Positions 17,600 through 26,868 of a stretch of DNA of 64,000 bases are shown here, one piece after another (the first letter of the stretch is position 1; the number at the start of each line of letters is the position of its first letter). Below the pieces are notes generated by a model. That model saw only the letters and a program-made list of their open reading frames with translations. It had not been told where the DNA came from and ran no database searches. This DNA comes from a virus. The stretch is taken from the IMG/VR virus record IMGVR_UViG_3300025785_000009, positions 1 through 64,000 of that record; one strand, given 5' to 3'. The position numbers and the translations under genes are program-made.

Positions 17600-18480
17600 T
17601 CAATGCCTCTCAGTTGTTTTTGTTCTTGTATGTATGCCTCTAAGGCTGCTTCATCGGTATTATTGACATCCAATACCGCAGGATGTTTTAGGTATGCGTA
17701 TTCGTGATCAATTCCGTGTAACTTTGCAAATGCAACAATCTCAGGTAACTGCTTTACATTCAATCTGCTGACTGTGGTCCATAAGTTTAATCGGACTGGC
17801 ATACGTTTGTATTCCATTAAATTAGCGTAGAACTTGTCCCACTTGATAGGCCAGCGTACAAAATCGTGTACGTCTTGTACGCCATCAAAACTGACGGTGA
17901 CAGTGACATCGATGCCGCGGTTGACCAAGTCTACTAATTCGGTCAATACGGTACTGCCATTTGTGTTTAGTCTGATACTTTCAACATTGGGCGGCAAATT
18001 GCGTATGACCTGTCGGTAGTTTTTGCTATGGCTGGGTTCGCCACCATTCAGGTCCAGGTGCACAATTCTCTCTTGTGGTAGTGCCCAAAAGCGATTGGTA
18101 TTGTCAACTATGGTATACTGTTTGGATTTCAAACTGCCAATCTTGGTGCTTAGGCCTTCGTGGCAGGTCATACAGGCACTATTACATACATTGTCTAACA
18201 CACCACCCACAGTTAGATAGTCTGGGCGTGTTTGTTGACTGTCAAATTCTATACTGTGTGTGCGTACACTTACGTTGGATTCGCGTTCGGTTTCTTCACA
18301 ACGTCGACACTCACTGGGCCACAGATCTTGCTCAAACTGTTCACGTATTTTGCGTAACCATACGCTAGAATCCATTTGTTCCAGGCTATCAAATTGTGCA
18401 GGGTTGACCATATGGCCACAGCGACTAACTGTTCCGTTATGGTTAAAGCGTACAAAATGATCTAGTCTAGGACAGCGCAT
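17596..18480 (-). CDS. Radical SAM protein
   Basis: CNSACMTC and GGEP motifs. Confidence 0.88.
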   Translation of the reverse strand: MRCPRLDHFVRFNHNGTVSRCGHMVNPAQFDSLEQMDSSVWLRKIREQFEQDLWPSECRRCEETERESNVSVRTHSIEFDSQQTRPDYLTVGGVLDNVCNSACMTCHEGLSTKIGSLKSKQYTIVDNTNRFWALPQERIVHLDLNGGEPSHSKNYRQVIRNLPPNVESIRLNTNGSTVLTELVDLVNRGIDVTVTVSFDGVQDVHDFVRWPIKWDKFYANLMEYKRMPVRLNLWTTVSRLNVKQLPEIVAFAKLHGIDHEYAYLKHPAVLDVNNTDEAALEAYIQEQKQLRGIE

Positions 18481-19082
18481 AAGTCTCGGCTTCGTTGAAT
18501 TGTTTCTTTGTATAGTTCGGGGTACTTGACCTTGATGTGTGCCAGTATCATTGCAAATGTGACAGTTTGATCTCTAAGGTCTTCAAACAGTATCTTGTCC
18601 AACTGCAAATAAAACCATAGTTGTTTGTTGTCTTGGAAACGATTTATCAGGCTTTGATCTCTAGCCAAGGTGTTCCAGGTTTCGCCAATGGTTGAATCTA
18701 ATTCGTCTGTGGTCTTGACAGTTATCCAAATGCCATTGGTATGTCTGTGCAAGTTCATGATCCAATGAAACTGTAGTGCAAAATGACGATCTAGAAACAA
18801 ATATTGTTCTATCAATGATAGAGTAGTTGCTCTATCAAACTCAGGATGGTACGCTAGATAAGTTTGTACACCCGATACATAACGTTCAAACGGATCACGC
18901 AGATACACCGTCACACAACCAACTTTACTTATCTGTTCTGGTGAGAGTGTGCGTAAACTTTTTTCTTTGAGTCCGCTGGAACCGTTTTTAAAAATAGGGT
19001 AGACATAGTGGTTAGCAGATACTTCAAGTATCTCGCACTCGTCGGGAAATAGAATAGGATCTATATATGATAACATAAGCAA
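18462..19082 (-). CDS. Sulfotransferase-like protein
   Basis: IFKNGSS and LRDPFERYVS resemble PAPS-binding motifs. Confidence 0.6.
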   Translation of the reverse strand: MLMLSYIDPILFPDECEILEVSANHYVYPIFKNGSSGLKEKSLRTLSPEQISKVGCVTVYLRDPFERYVSGVQTYLAYHPEFDRATTLSLIEQYLFLDRHFALQFHWIMNLHRHTNGIWITVKTTDELDSTIGETWNTLARDQSLINRFQDNKQLWFYLQLDKILFEDLRDQTVTFAMILAHIKVKYPELYKETIQRSRDLCAVLD

Positions 19083-19105
19083 GAAGTGGGAGCCGAAGCC
19101 CCCAC
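19081..19105 (-). terminator. Hairpin/terminator after gp32
   Basis: GTGGGGGC-TTCG-GCTCCCAC followed by TTCTT. Confidence 0.6.
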
Positions 19106-19125
19106 ACCCTAATCAGGAAAGATTA

Positions 19126-20100
19126 TTACTGCTTACGATTGCGAATCATCGCTAGGATGTCTTCGGCACGTTTGCTACTTGGTGCAGCTTCGGCAGCTGG
19201 AGCAGCTACTGGTGCTGTTGCTACTGGTGCATCATCTTCATCAACAGGATCAGCTGACACGGCTGGTGCTGGTGCGGAAGCGTCTGCGGCTGGTGCGGCA
19301 TTTGGAGTATCCAAACCGTATGGTTTGTAATACGCACCCCATTTGTCTGCATCATATGGTTGACCATCTACTGATGCTTCAAACATTTCTTTAAGAACTT
19401 TGAGTTCTACTTCGGTTGGTTTCTTGGGCAAGAAGTCACTCAAGTTAAACAGACCGTGTTCGTCGATTGCGGCTTGTTCTTCTGCGGTCAGTGCAGATTC
19501 TTTGCGTGACCATTTGCTTGTGCTGTAGTCAGCGTAGCCACCTTTGGAAGTTTTAACAATTTGGAAATCCAGGCCAGCTTGATAATCAGTTGGCAATTCT
19601 TCCATTTCTGGATCCATCAAAGCTGCTTTGATGATGTTAAAAATTTGTGGGCTGATTGTAAAACGACGAATTGGATTAGCCGGAGTCTTGTCATCGCTCA
19701 ATGCATTTTCACGCACAAAGCCTTGAAACACATAACTCTTCTTTTTCCAATACTTGCGACCCATTTCTTCTAGACTAGGATCTTTGAACCAAGGACGTAC
19801 TTCTGCCAAGATTGGGCAGGCTTCGCCGTACATTTCCATACAAGGAACTTGTACTACTACTGGTTTTGAATCTGCTTGACCTTTGACACCAGCAAATGGC
19901 AAACGGATCATTGCACGTTCAGCCCAAAAGAATGAATTCTTGGTGTTGCCGTCGGGTAGAAATCTGATACGAGTGGTGGAACCTTCTGCAATGTTCCAGT
20001 GTGGATAGATAGCGTTGTCGCCACCTGCTTGTTTGTTACCTGCGCCACGGTTTTCTGATGCTTGAAGCTTTGCGCGAATTTCTGCTAATGTTGTAGCCAT
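19126..20100 (-). CDS. Single-stranded DNA-binding protein (T4 gp32-like)
   Basis: IRFLP, CPI, GGYADYSTSKW motifs and acidic/Ala tail. Confidence 0.9.
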   Translation of the reverse strand: MATTLAEIRAKLQASENRGAGNKQAGGDNAIYPHWNIAEGSTTRIRFLPDGNTKNSFFWAERAMIRLPFAGVKGQADSKPVVVQVPCMEMYGEACPILAEVRPWFKDPSLEEMGRKYWKKKSYVFQGFVRENALSDDKTPANPIRRFTISPQIFNIIKAALMDPEMEELPTDYQAGLDFQIVKTSKGGYADYSTSKWSRKESALTAEEQAAIDEHGLFNLSDFLPKKPTEVELKVLKEMFEASVDGQPYDADKWGAYYKPYGLDTPNAAPAADASAPAPAVSADPVDEDDAPVATAPVAAPAAEAAPSSKRAEDILAMIRNRKQ

Positions 20101-20164
20101 AATGTTTCTCCTTAAGATGGTCTTTAATTTACTACTGTGCCTAGATATATACTTGCACCCTGCT

Positions 20165-20194
20165 AGTATATAACAATACTATTTAGCTTGTCAA
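20165..20194 (-). promoter_or_regulatory. Sigma70-type promoter with embedded CTAAATA upstream of gp32
   Basis: TTGACA-18-TATACT. Confidence 0.65.
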
Positions 20195-20206
20195 ACGATT
20201 TTTAAA

Positions 20207-21682
20207 TTATTTTCTCAATCCGGCTAAACTGCGGATAAAATCCAAACTGTCGGCTTCTTCCATTGCCATATTTGAAACATTTGGATGTTCGGTTGTGCTG
20301 CCGTATTCGGTACCGGTTGGTGCAGATGGGCTGGTCTCTGGAGCAAAATTGGTTTGCTGATCGCGACCGTTTTGTTGTAGTTCTGCTGTGACTTTGGCAA
20401 ATAATTCGGGCATATGAACTTCTAACCAACTTTTGATCAACGGAGTTGCATCTGCGTCAGGACCTTGGCTGTGACTCAATTCGGTAATTTTGTCATTTAA
20501 CTCGTCGTCACCAATCAATTGATCCAGCTCAGAAATAGCATCAACACCATCAATGCCAACTGATACAGGAGTTTTTAATAGTTCTATCAATGCTCTGGCA
20601 CGGTCTGCATCGTCGGGCTTGAGCCAGTTGCCTTCGGCTACCAAGTCTGCCCACTCTTCCAACTCTGCACCCAAGGTGTTGGCCGATTCGCGTTGATATT
20701 TTTTATATGCTTTGTACACAATTGGTAGGGCTTCGGTAAAACGATCGTCGTAGACCTTTTTAACAAAACGTTCACGCAAGGCATCTACGTCCACTTCATC
20801 TTCAACCACGGAGCGATCTGGCACCCAGGATTCAAAATATTCGTTGTAGCCTCTTGGTCCACGCATACGACGCAGTTGACGTTTCAACTGATCATAATGT
20901 TGTACAGCACTATGAGTCATATCTGCTGTTTCTTGGTCTTCAAACTGACGATGTTTGGTACTGCGTACAAAATGACGCATATCACTCATTTCTTTTACCA
21001 ATGAATTGATATGTTCGGCACGTTCGTCGTGCAAGGTTCCGCCGGCATTCAAATGCTCAGCCATTGCATACGCACCGTGTAAGTTTGTGTGTGGTAACAA
21101 GAAACGTTCACCGCGTTCGGTTTCTAAAAAGATTTCTTGAATTCTACGACTACGAGCGCCACGAACTTCGTCGTTGACTTTGTCTGCGTGGCGAATTAGT
21201 ATTTTGGTGTTGCCTTTGTCGGCAAAGCTGTTGTATGGACGACCCGGTGTGCCATACAAGCGACTTTCTGTCATTGCCACGTCGCTGGTTGTTGCCACGT
21301 CGTCCACTTTGGCCTGTTGTTTGATATCTTTGAGATCTAGATTAGATTTGTTAATGTCACGGGTGTCAAATGTTAATAAATTGCGTTTTGCAAACAGTCT
21401 CAAATTGCGTAAAAATTCGTACCATTCTTTGCGTTGCTCGCGATCCATTTCGCCGCTGATGTTTTGTCCATAATATACTTTAAGACTTGTTTCGTCAATT
21501 AGGCTAATAGTTACTGTGCCAAATTCTGCGCCGTCGTCGCTGGAATATGTGAAGTTAAAAAATCGTGCTTCAGAAGGGTCTGTTTCAGCCTTGGCTTGTT
21601 CGTCGCCCAGAGTTACGTTTGCAAAACGTGAGCGTATTTTATCAAATAATGCGGCGGCAATGGATTCTATTTCTTTACTCAT
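20207..21682 (-). CDS. Hypothetical protein (possible virion component)
   Basis: 491-aa ORF with late-type ATAAATA upstream. Confidence 0.75.
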   Translation of the reverse strand: MSKEIESIAAALFDKIRSRFANVTLGDEQAKAETDPSEARFFNFTYSSDDGAEFGTVTISLIDETSLKVYYGQNISGEMDREQRKEWYEFLRNLRLFAKRNLLTFDTRDINKSNLDLKDIKQQAKVDDVATTSDVAMTESRLYGTPGRPYNSFADKGNTKILIRHADKVNDEVRGARSRRIQEIFLETERGERFLLPHTNLHGAYAMAEHLNAGGTLHDERAEHINSLVKEMSDMRHFVRSTKHRQFEDQETADMTHSAVQHYDQLKRQLRRMRGPRGYNEYFESWVPDRSVVEDEVDVDALRERFVKKVYDDRFTEALPIVYKAYKKYQRESANTLGAELEEWADLVAEGNWLKPDDADRARALIELLKTPVSVGIDGVDAISELDQLIGDDELNDKITELSHSQGPDADATPLIKSWLEVHMPELFAKVTAELQQNGRDQQTNFAPETSPSAPTGTEYGSTTEHPNVSNMAMEEADSLDFIRSLAGLRK

Positions 21683-21695
21683 ATATCTATTTATC

Positions 21696-23258
21696 TTAAA
21701 TCATTATGAACGGCATCGGCTCTATAAAATTGTCAATATTATCACGTAATTCTGAGTCCAATGTGCTGTCAAACTGCTGTAACAGCATAACCATACGTAT
21801 TGCCAGCAGTAAGCTCATTACTAGATCATCGTGTTCGCCTATTTTGGCTGCAAAACTGTTGCCGCTGGCCACAAAGGTTTTTAGTTCGCTCAACAACGGC
21901 TTGCTGGCTATAACAAAACGTCGTGTTTCTACTAGACTTTTTAGTTTGCTACAAGCACTCAGTTTACTTTTGTTGGTAGTAGTAAATCCTTTGCGATATC
22001 TGTGTCCCACTGCACCTTTTTTGGGTTCGCTTAGGAAAGTGCCTGGGATATTTTCTTCGCCCAGCTCGCTGATTGCTACCAGAGCTGCTTCACCCAGGGT
22101 ATTGTTTTCCACCGAGTAGTAAACATTGTTGCTGCCGGCTGTGTCCGCTAGATACTGACAGATTTCTTTAAGAATTACAATTTGACGTTGCACTGGTGTT
22201 TTGTTATCGCGCCACTCGGCCACTTGTTTCAACCCGGGCATCTCTAATACCTGTATGGCCGCAGGATCAGATCCTGTACCTAGACTGGGATCCAATGCTA
22301 CCACATAGGTTCCTGTGCGTTCAGGGCGTTTGTACCAACGTATTTGTCCTTGCTTCTCTACTGGATCAATACCAGACATTTCTGCCAGGTGTAAGGGATT
22401 GATAAGTGTTTCATCAAAGATAATGAATTCACATTCCATTTCTCGACGGAAACGTTCTTCGCCCAGCTGTGCCAACATTTGTGCGGCCCACTTTTCATCA
22501 CGATCTGGATGTTCTTGCCACGCACTACGGAATGCCTTGAACCCGTTGATACCCAACTCTGTTTCGTTGCCTTGTGCATCAAAGCACTTGTTGGCGCCAC
22601 GCCAGATCTGCGCAAACTGATCTTCGTCTGAGTTTGGTGTTGATGTAATAATACACTTACCACCAGTTGCTAGTGTAGGTGTAATGGAAGTCCAGAATTC
22701 ACTCGCAATAGTTGGGCGAACGAACGCAAACTCGTCACAGTATAAGAGTGATATGGACATACCACGACCTGTATTTTCTGTTGTTGTTTGACTTACTATG
22801 CGGCTACCATTTTCAAAGTCCAAGCTACCTTTATTGTAACTTGTTACCCCGGCTCGGATAAAGTCTGGACAGTTCTCATAAGCGTGACGAACACGTTGCA
22901 TAATCTCCTGTGCGCCCAGGTATTTGTGTGCGGCTACTAAAATAGTCGAATCTGGAACAAACATAGCATACCACAACAGGTAGCCAGCGGCACTGGTCGA
23001 TTTGCCCGTTTGTCTAGGCATTAGGCTTATAGAGAATCTATAATTATGATACGTGTGTATCAAGCGTTCTTGATATTCAAATGGATGATACTGTATGGCA
23101 CCTTTAGTTGGATGCTGAATAAAGAAGTAGTTGTCCATAAAGTATTGCGGACCTGTTACCGGATCAGCACAGCGAGCTAGCTCTTGTATTTGCTGTTCAG
23201 TATACGACATCCGTTTGTACGGTGTCTTAATAATCGCGGTTTCTAAGTCTTTGGCCAT
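21696..23258 (-). CDS. Terminase large subunit (T4 gp17-like)
   Basis: RQTGKS Walker A, LYCDEFAF Walker B, STPN, and HDDLV nuclease motif; start taken at MAKDLE. Confidence 0.95.
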   Translation of the reverse strand: MAKDLETAIIKTPYKRMSYTEQQIQELARCADPVTGPQYFMDNYFFIQHPTKGAIQYHPFEYQERLIHTYHNYRFSISLMPRQTGKSTSAAGYLLWYAMFVPDSTILVAAHKYLGAQEIMQRVRHAYENCPDFIRAGVTSYNKGSLDFENGSRIVSQTTTENTGRGMSISLLYCDEFAFVRPTIASEFWTSITPTLATGGKCIITSTPNSDEDQFAQIWRGANKCFDAQGNETELGINGFKAFRSAWQEHPDRDEKWAAQMLAQLGEERFRREMECEFIIFDETLINPLHLAEMSGIDPVEKQGQIRWYKRPERTGTYVVALDPSLGTGSDPAAIQVLEMPGLKQVAEWRDNKTPVQRQIVILKEICQYLADTAGSNNVYYSVENNTLGEAALVAISELGEENIPGTFLSEPKKGAVGHRYRKGFTTTNKSKLSACSKLKSLVETRRFVIASKPLLSELKTFVASGNSFAAKIGEHDDLVMSLLLAIRMVMLLQQFDSTLDSELRDNIDNFIEPMPFIMI

Positions 23259-23289
23259 TTTGTAATAATCTTTTGTATAAGTATATTTA

Positions 23290-23817
23290 ATGTCAGACAC
23301 ATTACTGTTAAATTCTAATTACGAGCCAATTAGCATTTTACCTTTAAGCGTAATCAATTGGCAACACGCAATCAAACTCATGTATTTGGGACGAGTCCAC
23401 GTGCTGGAAACCTATCCAGATTGGATAATCCACAGCGAACGTCTTGCAATCAATGTGCCCAGTATCTGCGTGACCCGGGACTATTTTCACTATAAAAAAT
23501 CAGTTAAGTTTAGTCGTTATAACTTGTATATGCGCGACCTGTTCAAGTGTCAGTACTGCGATGATGTGTTTGATTATGAAGAACTGACCATTGATCACGT
23601 GATTCCACGTAGTGCAGGTGGCAAAACAGTATGGGAAAATTGTGTTACTAGCTGTAAAGCCTGTAACCACGCCAAAGGTAGCCGGTTGATCAAACCCAGA
23701 ATGAAACCGTATCGTCCCGACTACTATAGCTTGGTGGGAAAATGGAAACAGATGCCGTTCAGTGTCAAACAAGAATCCTGGTATCAGTATCTGGGACGAG
23801 AAAAGATAGCTGCTTAG
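23290..23817 (+). CDS. HNH endonuclease
   Basis: CQYC...TIDHVIPRSAGG...CKACNHAK. Confidence 0.9.
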   Translation: MSDTLLLNSNYEPISILPLSVINWQHAIKLMYLGRVHVLETYPDWIIHSERLAINVPSICVTRDYFHYKKSVKFSRYNLYMRDLFKCQYCDDVFDYEELTIDHVIPRSAGGKTVWENCVTSCKACNHAKGSRLIKPRMKPYRPDYYSLVGKWKQMPFSVKQESWYQYLGREKIAA

Positions 23818-24596
23818 TCAAACACAGGTTTCTTACGAGCCCTAAATGCAATTTTCCAATTGGGTACTTGATCAATTGAAGTGCAAGGTGGCTTGGTATT
23901 GTGTAAAGCACGACCATCCTGTACTATTACTCGGCCTGGAACTGGACTGACAATACGTCCTTGATCAGGCCAGCCAATATTGAATCCTCTGCGTTGTCCG
24001 TGTACACCAACATTGAATTGTTGATGATCTCCTGTGAGTCCTTCAGGGTCCTCGGGGAAATACACAATTTCTGCACCCCACCTAGGATACCAAACTGGAT
24101 TGGCCACGTACAAAATTGTTGCAGTTGAATCATCGTTGAGGTCCGGAGTATCTCTATGCGGTCCCCAAGAGCCCGAATTTGCTTGTCCATACAAACCGTT
24201 GACATAGCAGCGCCAGCCTTCGGTTTTGCGTTCAGCTGAATACTCTTCGTCAAACATATCTTCTGGGTACCCGGTCAATTCCCAAACATCACCTAGACCT
24301 TTGTTGATCATTTTCCACAGGTTAGCAATCAGCGGATGATTTTCTGCTAGGTCGGATTCTTCAATGCCCAAACAGCATCTATGAAAACTGGTACAGGTCG
24401 GAAATGTAGGAGTTGTAGTGAGCCAAGGCTTGCCCTGGTTTGGATAGTATCTGTCTAGTTTGGCCGGTATTTCTGGAACGGCGTCCCACTGCACGTGCCA
24501 TTTTTGTCGTGCAAGGTAATCCCAAATCAGTGTTTGTGCCGAGCTTGGAACCAGATTGTCGTAGACATCAATTTGATATAGATTGTTTTTGAGCAT
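23814..24596 (-). CDS. 2OG-Fe(II) oxygenase
   Basis: PHRD...WGAE...PGRV...LH motifs. Confidence 0.8.
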   Translation of the reverse strand: MLKNNLYQIDVYDNLVPSSAQTLIWDYLARQKWHVQWDAVPEIPAKLDRYYPNQGKPWLTTTPTFPTCTSFHRCCLGIEESDLAENHPLIANLWKMINKGLGDVWELTGYPEDMFDEEYSAERKTEGWRCYVNGLYGQANSGSWGPHRDTPDLNDDSTATILYVANPVWYPRWGAEIVYFPEDPEGLTGDHQQFNVGVHGQRRGFNIGWPDQGRIVSPVPGRVIVQDGRALHNTKPPCTSIDQVPNWKIAFRARKKPVFD

Positions 24597-24630
24597 AGAT
24601 ATAGTTGTGTGTTACAACTATTTACTCGAC

Positions 24631-25026
24631 TTATTGTTCGCCGGGCAATTTCTTTTGTCGATACTGCGGATGTTCTTTGAGATAGCGTTCCACGTGATCA
24701 CGCAAGCTACCATTCAAGAATGGTTTGGTAAAGTTGATGATGAACCAAAGATCGGTGCCAGGCTTGGCATTGTATTCGGCTTCTAGTTGTCTACGATCGT
24801 TGGCAGTATAACTGATGTTGCTGCCAACCGGACTTTGAATTCCTGTTTCCGCAGCCTGAGGTACTGTGTTTTGCCCAGTGTATACCCCAGCTTCGGCTTC
24901 AAGCAGTCCAGTGATACCGGCCAATCGTTTTAGTTCGTTTAAATCATGACTATCCATAACTGCGTCAGCATCGCCGGTTTCACCTTGATGTACAAAGTGT
25001 TCGCTAGTTATACGATACTGTTTCAT
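24631..25026 (-). CDS. Hypothetical protein
   Basis: 131-aa ORF coupled to the upstream gene; LKRLAGI motif. Confidence 0.75.
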   Translation of the reverse strand: MKQYRITSEHFVHQGETGDADAVMDSHDLNELKRLAGITGLLEAEAGVYTGQNTVPQAAETGIQSPVGSNISYTANDRRQLEAEYNAKPGTDLWFIINFTKPFLNGSLRDHVERYLKEHPQYRQKKLPGEQ

Positions 25027-25427
25027 TTTTTCTTTTTGAGAACAATGGCGCCAACGCGACGAGTTGGGCTAACTTTGTGTACCGAATCTGTTTCGGTAGA
25101 ACCATCGGGTGTAAGTTTGATATGGTTAGTGGCTTCGGGACCAAACGCTTTTGAAGCTTGATCTAAAATACGCTTTTCGCCTTCTGAGTAAGCCGATGTA
25201 ATCAATGACTGACCGTTGGGACCATCCTTGACTGGCTCGTGTTCGTACTTGCCATCGGGTGCACCTGCGCCGCCAAGAAACAACGCACCAAATCGCCAAG
25301 GGTGATATGGATCTGAGTTGTTTAAATTTGTATGGCTTCTTAACCCCGGAGTAGCAGACTGGTGGCTATCGGGTAACCCGTCATTATTTTTGTCTTCGCT
25401 TTCGGTGATAATTTCGTTAATCTTCAT
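25023..25427 (-). CDS. Hypothetical protein (MKINEIITE N-terminus, possible internal head protein)
   Basis: N-terminus resembles T4-like capsid-targeting sequences; late motif upstream. Confidence 0.7.
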   Translation of the reverse strand: MKINEIITESEDKNNDGLPDSHQSATPGLRSHTNLNNSDPYHPWRFGALFLGGAGAPDGKYEHEPVKDGPNGQSLITSAYSEGEKRILDQASKAFGPEATNHIKLTPDGSTETDSVHKVSPTRRVGAIVLKKKK

Positions 25428-25445
25428 ACAAGTATTTATGCTGGA

Positions 25446-25519
25446 TGGAGCAGTCGGGCAGGCTTCGAACCTTCTTCTCAGCTGGGAAGCTGTGTTTTAC
25501 CGGGTTAAACTACGACTGC
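25446..25519 (-). tRNA. Atypical or pseudo tRNA-Gly(CCC)
   Basis: GCAGTCG/CGACTGC acceptor, U73, CCA and GGTTCGA, but a 6-nt anticodon loop (TTCCCA) and an extra nucleotide after the T-stem. Confidence 0.7.
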
Positions 25520-26805
25520 AAAGAGTGGAACAAACTGGGTCGACCGTTGAGTTTGCGATTGAAATAGTTGGCAATGGCCTGATGTGTGTGCGGGCCAATA
25601 CTGCTGTACACTCCGTATTCAACAAAATCAAACGGTACTTTTTTATCTTCTCGATTGATGTACAAATCGTAGTAGTCCACATCGTGTCGAGCGCAAATGT
25701 TTTCCATCAACAGGCGATTTTTGTGAAAATTATAGTTGTTGCTTTGCCAATCAATATGATCCCACCAGTCCGCATACGGCAAATTGTAGTTGCGATGTGT
25801 GTGTACCCCGCCTTTGTATCGCTTGCTCACAAATTCTCGTAAACTCATTGACGGATAATGTATCAGTACTGCATCAACAGTATTGCCCAAGGCCTGTATG
25901 GTTTGTGCAACTATGCGAGCCAGTCCATCAATACTGATTCCCGGTACACTGAGATTTAACACCGTGGCATCTGTATCCAACAAGCTGGGCCATATTTTGT
26001 CGTGCTCAACACCAATACCAAATGTGTCGCTGTCGCCCAGACATAACACAGTTCTTTTTTCTAACAGTTCTTCTAGCACATAATCAAACTGTGAACGATA
26101 CCCAAGATTGTTATAATGGTATTCGGTTGAATCGCCATTGAAAAATCCCACACTACTGGCCTTTATAATAGGAGCTGGATTTTGTATACGTGCTGGCACT
26201 GACCAAGCTGTGGGTATTTCCGCATCAAAATACAAATTGCGTAGTCGATCTTTGCCAAGATAGTATTCAATATTTTGATCCAGGTCCATCCCAGGCTTGG
26301 TTGGCTCTGCTGGCACATAGGTCAATGTTTTTCTAAAAGTAATGGTTTTGGCCAAATTACCAACCACTGTTTTTTCAGTTTCTTGCACGTGAGTACGTAC
26401 TGCGGTGTGAGCCAATTGTTTATTTCGTAACGGAAGATTATGCCAGGTATCTGTTGTTTCAAATTCTGTACCGACTACTATTTGTCGTTTTGGCAACACA
26501 TAGGCATCAACTGTTTGTTGATGTATTAACTCAGGTCTCATTATCAGCGCAATAGAATCGCTATCGCCGAGCGTACAGGTAATGTCAAACAATAGTTCTG
26601 AGTCAAACAGGAGGTCCTCGGGCATTTCAATATCCAGGTGCCCGGCAACAGTTTGATTATTCCACGTGCCCGCTGGTAGGTCAGCAAACTCAACTGTTTG
26701 AGCGATGTCAAGTTGAGTTTCGGTAATTGTAACAGTACCGGTAGCAGTTTTATCTAGTCCAAAATCAGAAATTACACAGAATGGAAATCTGTAGCGAATA
26801 GTCAT
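25510..26805 (-). CDS. Protein with C-terminal SGNH/GDSL-like domain
   Basis: CLGDSDTFGIGV...NLSVPG motifs. Confidence 0.65.
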   Translation of the reverse strand: MTIRYRFPFCVISDFGLDKTATGTVTITETQLDIAQTVEFADLPAGTWNNQTVAGHLDIEMPEDLLFDSELLFDITCTLGDSDSIALIMRPELIHQQTVDAYVLPKRQIVVGTEFETTDTWHNLPLRNKQLAHTAVRTHVQETEKTVVGNLAKTITFRKTLTYVPAEPTKPGMDLDQNIEYYLGKDRLRNLYFDAEIPTAWSVPARIQNPAPIIKASSVGFFNGDSTEYHYNNLGYRSQFDYVLEELLEKRTVLCLGDSDTFGIGVEHDKIWPSLLDTDATVLNLSVPGISIDGLARIVAQTIQALGNTVDAVLIHYPSMSLREFVSKRYKGGVHTHRNYNLPYADWWDHIDWQSNNYNFHKNRLLMENICARHDVDYYDLYINREDKKVPFDFVEYGVYSSIGPHTHQAIANYFNRKLNGRPSLFHSLQS

Positions 26806-26812
26806 TGTCGAA

Positions 26813-26820
26813 TATTTATA
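26813..26820 (-). promoter_or_regulatory. T4-type late promoter TATAAATA
   Basis: Exact motif 7 nt before the ATG. Confidence 0.6.
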
Positions 26821-26841
26821 GGTGAGAAATAGACAGCCATT

Positions 26842-26864
26842 AAAAAAGGCACCTAAGTGCCTTT
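26842..26864 (-). terminator. Intrinsic terminator
   Basis: AAAGGCAC/GTGCCTTT stem plus U tract. Confidence 0.8.
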
Positions 26865-26868
26865 CTTA

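Noticed and set aside
21696-23300. Intron or intein in terminase (also checked uvsX and capsid)
   Set aside because: The ORFs are continuous, of normal length, and lack intein motifs.
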